34,028 nucleotides of DNA, from NCBI GenBank assembly GCA_044358965.1, contig JBIKNA010000022.1, positions 1 to 34,028 of the forward strand, given 5' to 3'. Under the pieces are notes generated by a model. The model made no database searches and was not told the DNA's origin. It saw only the letters and a list, made by a program, of their open reading frames with translations. Made by a program: the position numbers and the translations under genes. Source of the DNA: Polyangiaceae bacterium. Lineage in GTDB: Bacteria; Myxococcota_A; Polyangia; Polyangiales; Polyangiaceae. This document shows positions 25,392-34,028 of the stretch, piece after piece (position 1 is the first letter of the stretch; each line of letters begins with the position of its first letter).

Positions 25392-27250
25392 CGGCCCCCC
25401 GCTTTGCGCAAGGCAACATCGAGCTTCTGTGCGCGTTGCCATAGCTCCTTGGCCGCCTCGGGTTCGACGCCCGAGGGCAAAAAGCGAAGGCTCTCGCACT
25501 CGGCCAAGAGGGTACCCAATGCCTGTTGGTCCGCGGCCGCTAGCGCAGTGCCACCCAATGCCTCTTGCAGTTCGTTGGCCGTCAGCGCCCGGGCGTTGAT
25601 GCCCAGTCGCGTGCTGCAGGCTGCGAGCACGAACTCGTGAACGGCACGAAGGCTGGCCTGGCCGTCGCTGCCCCGGAGCGAACGTTCGGCCTCGACGCGC
25701 CGGAGTTCGAGCGCGTGCTCGGGGCTGTCGGCCTTGCTTTGGGCCCGGGCGCGAAGGCGAGCGCGGGCGGTTTGCCCTGCACGGAACAGCGCGAGGCCGA
25801 AGGGCCAGACCGCGATACCCCATAGGAACCAAGGGCTGTCCGAGAGGTACCGCGGCGCGATGCGGGGCTCGGGTTGCTCTCGGGGGGCCGGCATGCTCGG
25901 GGCACCATCGGCCTTGGGGGCTTCGGCGGGCGCCACACCGGTGACAGTGATGGTGCCCAAGACGGCTTGGGCGTTGCGGTAGGCGCGGCGCTCGACGTCG
26001 TAGAAGGGCAGGTTGATGATGCCGAGGTCGATGGTGCCCGGCCGCCGCGCACGCACCACATAGGAGAAACTTCGCGTGCCCCCCAGTCGATCGCCGCGCG
26101 CCACGCCGATGCGCTCGTGGGTCTCGGGCGGCAGGAACTCGATGCCTGGCGGCGTGGGCAGCGGCAGCTGCGACGGGAGGTTGCCCTCCCCGGACAGGTC
26201 CACGGTGACCTGCACAGCGCCACCGACCTCGGTCTGCCGGGGCTCCACGTCGGCGCGTAGTTTGAAATCGCCGACATCGCCCAAGGCGTAGCCTGCAGGG
26301 CGCCCCGCGGCCGGTGGTTCTTGCGCCTGGATGACGATGCGCTCGCTCTCTACGGAGGTCTTGCGGCGCCCGCGCATGGCCACACCGGTCATGGGGCCAA
26401 TCTCTAGAGCGCCGGCCTTGAGCGGGAAGAGCGCGTAGCGTCGCACCAAGCCCACGGCGTAGATCTTCCCTTGAATCTTCGCATGCCCCACCAACGAGCG
26501 ATCATGCGGCAACAGGTGTTTGACGAAGTCCGCCGCGGGGGACTCGTGCAGGTCCGTGTAGTCCGGCTCTTGCGTCGAGATGTCCGTGTACGTGTAGATC
26601 TTGAGCGTGACTTGCTCGCCCACGAGCGCGCGTGTCTTGTCGACCTGCGCATGAAAGAAGCTGCCGTCGCCGCGTGGGGCATCGAGCGAAAGCGCCGGGT
26701 CCGTGGACGGCTCGCCCAGGAGCAGCTGCGGATCTTGAGGCTCGTCGTCGAAGATCCCCTTGAATGGATCGGCGCCCGGTGCGAACGGCCACCCCGGACC
26801 CGGACGCTTGGGGCCGTTGGCGGCCCCGCGGCGCTGCACTCGCACAGACAATACCTTGCCGGAGATGCGTCGACCTTGCGAGCGCACCGAGGGAGGCCCC
26901 AAGGTCAGGTTGCCTTCGCGCTCGGCGCGCAGAACCCACGTGACGGACAATCCCGTTTTCTGCGAGCGAACGCCGTTGATGATGCTGATGGAGGTGCTGG
27001 GCGAAGCGCGCTGACCCACCACAGTGAACCCTTGGGTGGTGCCCGGCTGCGGATCTTCGAACTCGCGGCCGGAGCCGGTGCTCATGACTTGGAGGGTGAG
27101 CTGCACCGTGTCTCCGACGCTGACGACCTCGTGGTCGACGCCGGATTGAACCTCGATGCCGGCGGGCTGCGCGGACGCCGGGACTGCGCCCAGAAGTGCC
27201 CCGAGGCACATGCAGAGCAACAGGCCGAGGCGCAGCACCGCCCGGCTCAT
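25388..27250 (-). CDS. batD: BatD-like oxygen-tolerance protein
   Basis: 620 aa. A signal peptide (MSRAVLRLGLLLCMCLGALLGAVPASAQ), a large periplasmic beta-rich region and a C-terminal TM (WFLWGIAVWPFGLALF) followed by a cytoplasmic tail match the BatD architecture. ATGA overlap with batC. The ORF-track ORF of 1007 aa includes a spurious Arg-rich 387-aa N-terminal extension. Confidence 0.7.
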   Translation of the reverse strand: MSRAVLRLGLLLCMCLGALLGAVPASAQPAGIEVQSGVDHEVVSVGDTVQLTLQVMSTGSGREFEDPQPGTTQGFTVVGQRASPSTSISIINGVRSQKTGLSVTWVLRAEREGNLTLGPPSVRSQGRRISGKVLSVRVQRRGAANGPKRPGPGWPFAPGADPFKGIFDDEPQDPQLLLGEPSTDPALSLDAPRGDGSFFHAQVDKTRALVGEQVTLKIYTYTDISTQEPDYTDLHESPAADFVKHLLPHDRSLVGHAKIQGKIYAVGLVRRYALFPLKAGALEIGPMTGVAMRGRRKTSVESERIVIQAQEPPAAGRPAGYALGDVGDFKLRADVEPRQTEVGGAVQVTVDLSGEGNLPSQLPLPTPPGIEFLPPETHERIGVARGDRLGGTRSFSYVVRARRPGTIDLGIINLPFYDVERRAYRNAQAVLGTITVTGVAPAEAPKADGAPSMPAPREQPEPRIAPRYLSDSPWFLWGIAVWPFGLALFRAGQTARARLRARAQSKADSPEHALELRRVEAERSLRGSDGQASLRAVHEFVLAACSTRLGINARALTANELQEALGGTALAAADQQALGTLLAECESLRFLPSGVEPEAAKELWQRAQKLDVALRKAGGR

Positions 27251-28218
27251 TTGTCGGCGGACCCGCGCACTGCGCGCTTTTGCGCCTGCTTCTTGGCAGC
27301 TTCTTGCTGCACCGTCGGAGCATTCTCGAGCTGATCGAGCATGCGATCGTCTTGCGAACGCGGCGGCGGCTTGGCGCCGGCGTCTTGCTCGGGCGGCGGC
27401 GGACCCGCGTCGGGCTTCTTGTTGTCGTCGTTGCCGCTGTCTTTGCCCGCGTCGGGCTTCTTGTTGTCGTCGTTGCCGCCGTCTTTGTTGTCGCCGCTGT
27501 CGCTGCCGCTGTCCTTGTTGTCGCCGCCGTCGCCGCCGCCGTCGTTGCTGGCGTCTTGCGATGCGTCCTGTGACGCGTCTTGGCCTGCGTCTTTTTTGTC
27601 GTCCTCGCGCCGGAGGGCGATGGCGCGGTTCCATGCCGCATCGAGCCCCGTGTCGTCGCCTGCATCCGGGGCTCCGGGAATCAAGGCGAGCGCCCGGTCG
27701 TAGGAGCTGACGGCGTCTTTGTAGCGCTTGTCTAGAAACTGCAGGTTGCCTTCGAGGTAGTAGGCCCGGGCCCGTACGGGCAACGGGGTCTGCGCGTCCG
27801 CGGCGAAGGCGCGGACGATGCGCAGGGCGCACTCGATCTCGCCCTTTCGGGCGCCGTTGTCCGCCTCGTTGGTCGGGCCGTGCCCGGTGGTGTCTTTGCC
27901 GCCAGACTCTTCGTCGCCAAAGCGCTGCCCGTAGCGTTCGGCCAGCCCAAACAAGGCCAGGCCCAGGTCGAAGCTGCCCTGGGGTCGCGCGCGTAGTCGC
28001 TCGGGGGTGCCGATGTTGCCCTCGGCGCAGGCGCCGGTTTGTAGGTATTCTGCAAGCAACTTGGCGGCGGCGTCGACGTCGCCGGCATCGAGGCTGGCGA
28101 TGGCGCGGTTGACCTCGGGAGCTTCGCGTTCGAAGGGCTTCTTTGGGTCCCAGGAGCAGGCGTACAGGGCCGCGGAGGCCAGCGCGAGCGACAGGAGGGT
28201 GATACCGCGGCGGCTCAT
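27247..28218 (-). CDS. batC: BatC-like TPR lipoprotein with an acidic/Lys-rich low-complexity tail
   Basis: MSRRGITLLSLALASAALYAC-SWD has a lipobox LYAC. TPR-like repeats are followed by D/G/N/K-rich repeats. ATGA overlap with the batB stop. Confidence 0.7.
   Translation of the reverse strand: MSRRGITLLSLALASAALYACSWDPKKPFEREAPEVNRAIASLDAGDVDAAAKLLAEYLQTGACAEGNIGTPERLRARPQGSFDLGLALFGLAERYGQRFGDEESGGKDTTGHGPTNEADNGARKGEIECALRIVRAFAADAQTPLPVRARAYYLEGNLQFLDKRYKDAVSSYDRALALIPGAPDAGDDTGLDAAWNRAIALRREDDKKDAGQDASQDASQDASNDGGGDGGDNKDSGSDSGDNKDGGNDDNKKPDAGKDSGNDDNKKPDAGPPPPEQDAGAKPPPRSQDDRMLDQLENAPTVQQEAAKKQAQKRAVRGSADK
27404..27487 (-). repeat. 42-bp tandem repeat x2 inside batC, followed by about four 12-bp units (27550..27597)
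   Basis: cccgcgtcgggcttcttgttgtcgtcgttgccgc(t/c)gtctttg appears twice head-to-tail and encodes KDxGNDDNKKPDAG x2. The nearby gcgtc(t/c)tg(c/t)ga(t/c) units encode (QDAS)n. Confidence 0.7.
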
Positions 28219-29396
28219 TCCTGGACTCCTTTCGCTTTGGCCTTGGGGCGTTTTGTGCCGGGCTTCTTGTCCTTGGATTTGTCTTTGGCTTTCTCTTTGG
28301 CCTTGGCGTCGGGCCTGTCGGCGCGGGGGGCGGGCGCGGGGACCACGAAGCGGCGCTTGCGCCGCGGGGCCTCGAGCACCATGGCCTCGACGAACAACAC
28401 GCACAGCGCAAGACCCAAGGGCCAGGCGTAGGCTTCGGCGAACACCGTCTCCACGCGCTCGGAGAGCTCTTCGCGCTGCAGTTTGCTCAGGTTCTTTGCG
28501 ATCTGCTCGATGCCCGTCTCGCCCTTTTGTGCGCGCACGATGGCGCCGCCGGTCTTTTGGGCGATCTCTGCGAGTTGCGCTTCGCCCTCCGCAGACAGTT
28601 CGGTGGTGAGGGGCTTGCCTTGCTCGTCCCTTCGGATCCCCGACACCTTGCCGTCGGCGCCCACTTCGGGAATGGGCTCCGGCGCGCGGCCGCCGATTTG
28701 CACCACATCGATGCGGGTTTTCTCGGCGGCGCATCCTTCGGCCACGCGCAACGGATCACCCTCGAGATCTTCTCCGTCGGTGACCAATACAATGACCCGG
28801 ACGTGGTCTTTGGACTTGGGGTCCCGGGCGAAGAGCTCCCGCGCGCGTTCCAGCGCGCGGGCAGTGGCCGTACCGCCGATGGGCATGTCGTTGGGTTCGA
28901 GTTGCCGGAAGAACTGCGCAATGGCCGCGCCGTCGCTGGTGAGCGGGAAGCTCATGGGCTCGCCGGCAAACGCCACGGCGCCGAAACGTGCGCCCGGCAG
29001 CTTGCGCACGAGGTCTGCGACCTCGGCCTTGGCGCGGGAGATGCGGTTCGGCACCACGTCCCTTGCGTACATGCTCTTCGAGTAGTCGAGCACGATGACC
29101 ACATCGAGGTTCGTGGCCGGGATGATCTTGGTGCCGCGGCCAAACTGAGGGCGCGCAAGGGCGGCGAACGCCAGCACCATGCCGAGCACCAAGAGCGTTC
29201 CCTTGAAGGCGCGGAGCCCCGTGGCCTCGTAGGTGATGAGTCCCTGCACGAGCGAGGCGTCGCCGAGCAGTTTGCGGTCCCGGGCCCGGCGATACGCCGC
29301 CACCACCAGCAACACGCCGAAGATGCCGACCAAGAGGGCGCACAGGAACGTGAGCGCAATCGTGACGGGGCTCGTGAAGTCGTGGGCGAACTTCAT
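28215..29396 (-). CDS. batB: BatB-like von Willebrand factor A (VWA) domain membrane protein
   Basis: N-terminal TMs (VTIALTFLCALLVGIFGVLLVVAAY; LLVLGMVLAFAAL) and a VWA MIDAS motif (DVVIVLDYSKSM...VLVTDGED). ATGA overlap with batA. Confidence 0.85.
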   Translation of the reverse strand: MKFAHDFTSPVTIALTFLCALLVGIFGVLLVVAAYRRARDRKLLGDASLVQGLITYEATGLRAFKGTLLVLGMVLAFAALARPQFGRGTKIIPATNLDVVIVLDYSKSMYARDVVPNRISRAKAEVADLVRKLPGARFGAVAFAGEPMSFPLTSDGAAIAQFFRQLEPNDMPIGGTATARALERARELFARDPKSKDHVRVIVLVTDGEDLEGDPLRVAEGCAAEKTRIDVVQIGGRAPEPIPEVGADGKVSGIRRDEQGKPLTTELSAEGEAQLAEIAQKTGGAIVRAQKGETGIEQIAKNLSKLQREELSERVETVFAEAYAWPLGLALCVLFVEAMVLEAPRRKRRFVVPAPAPRADRPDAKAKEKAKDKSKDKKPGTKRPKAKAKGVQE

Positions 29397-30580
29397 GGGA
29401 ACCTCCGCTGCACCAGCAAGCGCACGACGGCCTCGAGGGCGATGAGCGCCACGGCGGGCAACAGGAAGAACGGGAACAGGTCTTCCATCTGGCTCGCTTG
29501 GGCCTCGAAGCGCGTCTTTTCGAGGCGATCCAGGATCCGGTGCATGCTCTCTTCGAGGCCGGCCTTGTCCGTGGCCACGAAGGCCTCACCGCCGGTGTCT
29601 TGGGCGATCTTGCGCAAGAGCTCGGGGTTGACCGGGAAGCGAACGCGGGTCAGTCGCGGCTGCCCGAACAAGTCGAAGCCATTCTCGATGTCGACGTCGT
29701 CGCCGTTGCCGATCTGCACCGTGTACGTCTTGACGCCCTGGGTTTGCGCCAGGTGCGTTGCATAGGCAGGGTCGATGGTGCCGGCGTTGGAGTCGCCGTC
29801 CGTGAGCAAGATGACGGTCTTGGACCTGGCGTTGGACCTGCGAAGGCGCGCCACGGCGGTGCCCAGGGCATCGCCGATGGCCGTGCCATTGCCGTCGATG
29901 ATGTTCAGGTCCATCTTCTCGACCAGTGCCGAGAGCAGCGCCTTGTCGAGGGTGGGGGGCGACAGGATGTAGGCCGAGCGCCCGAAGACCACCACGCCGA
30001 TGCGGTCGTTCTTGCGCCGGGAGACGAAGTCCAAGATGACCTCTTTGGCCGTCTCGATGCGCGTGAGCCGCGCTTCTTTCTTCTTGGGCGTGCCGTCCGG
30101 TGCCACCGGCGCGTCCATGAGCGCTTTCATCGACCCCGAGAGGTCGAGCACGATGACGATGTCGATGCCTCGGTCTTCGGACTCTTCGCCGCGCAAGACG
30201 TTCTCGGGGCGGGCCAGGGCGATGGCGCCCAAGATGAGCGCGGCAACCCGAAACGATGCGGGGAGATCCCGCAAGCGGGTGCGCAAGCCGCGTGGGGACC
30301 GCGTGAGGTGCGCCACGCTGGGCACCAAAAGCCGCGGCACGTTGTCGTCGGCGCCGATGGTCATGGTGTACAGCACGGCGGCGCCAAGGATCAGCAACGC
30401 GAAGCCCAGGAAGGTGGGCATGTACCACGCCGGGAGCCCCTCGGTGAGCCGCCCGCGCAGAAGGCTCCAGCGCGCCGAAAGCAGCGCTTCGCCGCGCATG
30501 GCCGCCGGATAGATGAGCCCGAGCGCAAGCAACACGAGCGTTGCAACGACTGCCGTGAAGTAGCGTGCGGCGCGGCTCAT
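29393..30580 (-). CDS. batA: BatA-like VWA domain membrane protein
   Basis: TMs (YFTAVVATLVLLALGLIYPAA; FLGFALLILGAAVLY), a VWA MIDAS (DIVIVLDLSGSM...ILLTDGDSN) and a C-terminal TM. ATGA overlap with the upstream gene. Confidence 0.85.
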   Translation of the reverse strand: MSRAARYFTAVVATLVLLALGLIYPAAMRGEALLSARWSLLRGRLTEGLPAWYMPTFLGFALLILGAAVLYTMTIGADDNVPRLLVPSVAHLTRSPRGLRTRLRDLPASFRVAALILGAIALARPENVLRGEESEDRGIDIVIVLDLSGSMKALMDAPVAPDGTPKKKEARLTRIETAKEVILDFVSRRKNDRIGVVVFGRSAYILSPPTLDKALLSALVEKMDLNIIDGNGTAIGDALGTAVARLRRSNARSKTVILLTDGDSNAGTIDPAYATHLAQTQGVKTYTVQIGNGDDVDIENGFDLFGQPRLTRVRFPVNPELLRKIAQDTGGEAFVATDKAGLEESMHRILDRLEKTRFEAQASQMEDLFPFFLLPAVALIALEAVVRLLVQRRFP

Positions 30581-31655
30581 GGGCGCCTCTCCGGGGCGGG
30601 CATGGTGGCCCGCACGATGTGCTCGCCCTGGTCGAGCAGCGCCAGGCACGCCTCTTTCGTGGCTGCGGCATTGGCAAACTTGACGAGATCACATTCGTGC
30701 AAGAACGCGATGATTTCGCTCTGGGGGATGCCAAAGACCGCCGCGGAGCGCAGCGCCAAGATGATCTCGTCGGTGGTGGACTCGAGGCCGTCGAAGTCGA
30801 AGCGCGCCCCGAGGTAGCGTCGCAGCGTGTCGCTGACGCGGTCGACGAACTCGGCGTAGCGGTCCGTGTCGAGCAAGCCTGCGTGGCGAATCTCGTGGAG
30901 GTCCTCGAGGGCGATCTCCCACGGGGGCCGCGGCGGCGGCGGCGGCGGCAGGGGCTTTTCGCGCTTGCGCCACTGGTACAGGGCATAAGCGCAGGCACCG
31001 CCAAAGAAGAGGCCCACGAGCACCCATGCCATGGCTTGTTTCAGTGCGGTCCATTCTTCGCGCTGGGGCAGGGGCGCCGCGTTGCCATGGGGCTTTGGCT
31101 CCGGGGTGCCCGCGATGGGGTCCTCGACGACGATGCTGTGCAGCTGCGTGCAAAGTACACTGGTGTCGCCGTTGGCCCGGGCGATGGTGATGGGCAAGGG
31201 GGGGAGCACCAGGGCGTTGCGCCCGGGCTTTTCCGGCAGTGGCACCACCGGCAGTTCGAGCACGGTCTTGGCGCTGGCGTCACCGGGCTTGGCCTCGGCG
31301 GTGAGCCTGGGTTTGCCCGGGCCTTGGGCGTCGGGTAGCGCAAAACCCGCTGCGCGAAGGTCTTTGGCGGCGGCGCTGTCGCGATCGGGGGTGACGCCGT
31401 GGGGCAAGACGGATTCGCCAGGTTTATGGTGCACCGTGATGCGCAGCACCGCTTGGTGACCGCTGGTGCCGCGGGAAGGGAACTGCTCGTCCACCCGGGG
31501 GCGTTCGGCGCCTTTGGCCAGGCGCGGCACGCAGCTGCCCATCATGCTGGCCAACTGCGCGCTGCTGAGCGGCGGCGCGGGTTGGCCGCTCGCCAGCCCG
31601 GGCACCATGGCTGTGCCGAGCGCCGCAGCAACCACGAGCATGTGCCCAAGCGTCT

Positions 31656-31659
<4 letters not shown>
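30577..31659 (-). CDS. DUF4381-like membrane protein with an extra N-terminal signal peptide and a periplasmic domain of about 230 aa
   Basis: The GTG start overlaps the DUF58 stop (GTGA); an alternative ATG is at 31641. A signal peptide (LVVAAALGTAMVPGLASG) and an internal TM (WVLVGLFFGGACAYALYQW) are followed by RKREKPLPPPPPPRPPWEIALEDLHEI..., matching the TM + PwE.AL.eL core of DUF4381 proteins found in MoxR/VWA operons. Confidence 0.55.
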
Positions 31660-32579
<920 letters not shown>

Positions 32580-32599
32580 GACGGGGCCCCCATGGTGCC

Positions 32600-33586
32600 T
32601 TACGGGACTTCCACCACCTCGAACACGCGGCGAACCACCTGCTCGACGGTGATCTGCTCGGCGTCAGCCTCGTAAGTGAGCGTGATGCGGTGGCGCAGCA
32701 CGTCGGGGCCGACGGCCTTGACGTCTTCGGGGGTGACGTAGCCCCGGTGCCGCAAGAAGGCATGGGCGCGGGCGGCCATGTTGAGCGCGATGGACGCCCG
32801 CGGGGAGGCGCCGTACTCGATGAGCGAGGCCATGTCTTTCATGCCGTGTTTGGCCGGGTCGCGGGTGGCGAAGACCACGTTGACGATGTAGTCCTTGACC
32901 TTGTCGTCCACGTACACCTGGCCGATGATCTTGCGTGCCTCGGACAGCTCCATGGGCGTGGCCACGGGCTGCGCCTTGGCCAGCTCTCCGGTGGTCATGC
33001 GGTCCATGATCTTCCGCTCGTCGTCGCGGGTGGGGTAGCCCACCTTGATCATGAGCATGAAGCGGTCGACCTGGGCCTCGGGCAGGGGGTAGGTGCCCTC
33101 TTGCTCGATGGGGTTCTGCGTGGCCATGACGATGAAGGGCGAGGGCAGGGGGTAGGTCTGATCGCCGATGGTGACCTGACCCTCTTGCATGGCCTCGAGC
33201 AACGCGCTCTGCACCTTGGCTGGTGCGCGGTTGATCTCGTCGGCGAGCACCAGGTTGGCGAACACCGGACCGAGCTTGGAGGTGAACTCGCCCTTCTGCT
33301 GGTTGTAAATCACGGTGCCCACCACGTCGGCGGGCAACAGGTCGGGGGTGAACTGGATGCGCGCGAACTTGGCGGCGATGGCGTCGCACAGGGTGCGGAC
33401 GGTGAGGGTCTTGGCGAGACCCGGCACGCCCTCGAGCAGCACGTGCCCGCCAGCCAAGAGGCCGATCAGGATGCGCTCGATCATGTAGGTCTGACCAACG
33501 ATGACCTTGCCGACCTCGTTGGTGATGCGGTCGACGACCGCGCTCTCGCGGGCGACCAGTTCGTTTAGCGCGCGTACATCGTACAT
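32600..33586 (-). CDS. moxR: MoxR-family AAA+ ATPase
   Basis: 328 aa. Walker A LLEGVPGLAKT, Walker B LVLADEINRAPAKVQSALLEAMQE, sensor ATQNP, and a typical MoxR C-terminus. Confidence 0.92.
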   Translation of the reverse strand: MYDVRALNELVARESAVVDRITNEVGKVIVGQTYMIERILIGLLAGGHVLLEGVPGLAKTLTVRTLCDAIAAKFARIQFTPDLLPADVVGTVIYNQQKGEFTSKLGPVFANLVLADEINRAPAKVQSALLEAMQEGQVTIGDQTYPLPSPFIVMATQNPIEQEGTYPLPEAQVDRFMLMIKVGYPTRDDERKIMDRMTTGELAKAQPVATPMELSEARKIIGQVYVDDKVKDYIVNVVFATRDPAKHGMKDMASLIEYGASPRASIALNMAARAHAFLRHRGYVTPEDVKAVGPDVLRHRITLTYEADAEQITVEQVVRRVFEVVEVP

Positions 33587-33685
33587 GGGGGCATCCCTTG
33601 AAAAGAGTCTCTCGCGGACCCGGGCCCGACCAAGACACGGGGGACCCGGCCCGTATTCCGGCGCTCGGCGTTGCCTTCGCGGTTG

Positions 33686-33856
33686 TTAGCCAGCGGTGCG
33701 CGTGCGGCTCGAAATCTCGACGCCGCCGCGGGCGCCCATGGCGCCGCCAAGCGCGATGAGAGCCCAGAACAGGTTGCGGTCGGTGAGCTTGAGGGCGAGC
33801 ACGCCCAGGATCACCAGACCGACGCCAAGGACCATCAATGCGGTTCCGCGCTGCAT
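33686..33856 (-). CDS. possible small membrane protein (56 aa) upstream of moxR
   Basis: Translated manually as MQRGTALMVLGVGLVILGVLALKLTDRNLFWALIALGGAMGARGGVEISSRTRTAG*. It has two hydrophobic stretches, high GC3, and GGGAG 3 nt before the ATG. It is below the 60-aa ORF-track cutoff, and its coordinates are +-1. Confidence 0.35.
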   Translation of the reverse strand: MQRGTALMVLGVGLVILGVLALKLTDRNLFWALIALGGAMGARGGVEISSRTRTAG

Positions 33857-34028
33857 GGGCTCCCTACTAGCAGAATTTCGCCAAAGTTCTCAAGCGTAAG
33901 CGCGGCCCCGGGCCAGGCGCCGCCCTGCGGGGACCGGGTGGCTCCGTGGCCTTGGGAAAAGTCTGGCGAGGTCTAGGAGCGTGTGCAAGATAGCGGGCGC
34001 CTGGGAGAGCTGGCGCGCCGGTCCGCCG

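Noticed and set aside
27330-27620. CRISPR-like or transposon-terminal repeats
   Set aside because: The repeats are short (12-42 bp), directly tandem, in frame within batC, and encode low-complexity peptide. There are no spacers of unique sequence and no cas or transposase genes.
25388-28411. Track ORF of 1007 aa (and 27247-28734 495 aa, 24576-25832 418 aa, 30577-32115 512 aa, 1991-3451 486 aa, 3969-5291 440 aa) taken at face value as giant proteins
   Set aside because: The N-terminal portions are Arg-rich nonsense read through the preceding gene in another frame. The real genes start at internal ATG/GTG codons that overlap the upstream stop (ATGA/GTGA) and are immediately followed by signal peptides or known N-terminal motifs.

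Overview
This 34-kb window has about 70% GC and looks like a chromosomal core region of a myxobacterium (Deltaproteobacteria/Myxococcota). The reasons are: a PilB/PilT pair with a Myxococcus-like PilB N-terminus, eukaryotic-type Ser/Thr kinase and FHA signalling proteins, many TPR proteins, and pervasive spurious antisense ORFs typical of high-GC DNA. No rRNA, tRNA, CRISPR array, transposase or integrase was recognised.

Features read from left to right:
- The 3' end of pdxA and a SAM-dependent methyltransferase.
- A translationally coupled membrane-stress module resembling E. coli yqjD-yqjE (YqjD/ElaB-like, DUF1469, DUF3618).
- A minus-strand operon: Cys-rich protein, Dtd, tail-anchored protein.
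- A secreted DUF882/M15 peptidase-like protein.
- A glutaredoxin-like gene.
- A Ser/Thr kinase coupled to a rhodanese-ThiF E1-like enzyme with inverted domain order.
- An SDR oxidoreductase.
- A SUKH (Smi1/Knr4) immunity-like gene whose promoter and 5' end are duplicated upstream of a lipoprotein gene.
- An FHA/TPR protein divergent from pilB-pilT.
- A 924-aa TPR membrane protein, a 497-aa hypothetical protein and a flotillin-like SPFH protein.
- A lipoprotein followed by a complete eight-gene MoxR/DUF58/Bat (aerotolerance-type) operon, batA to batE, with 4-nt overlaps at every junction from DUF58 to BatE.

Coordinates follow the supplied ORF track where possible. Positions I derived by reading the printed sequence (hairpins, repeats, the small ORF) may be off by 1-2 nt.
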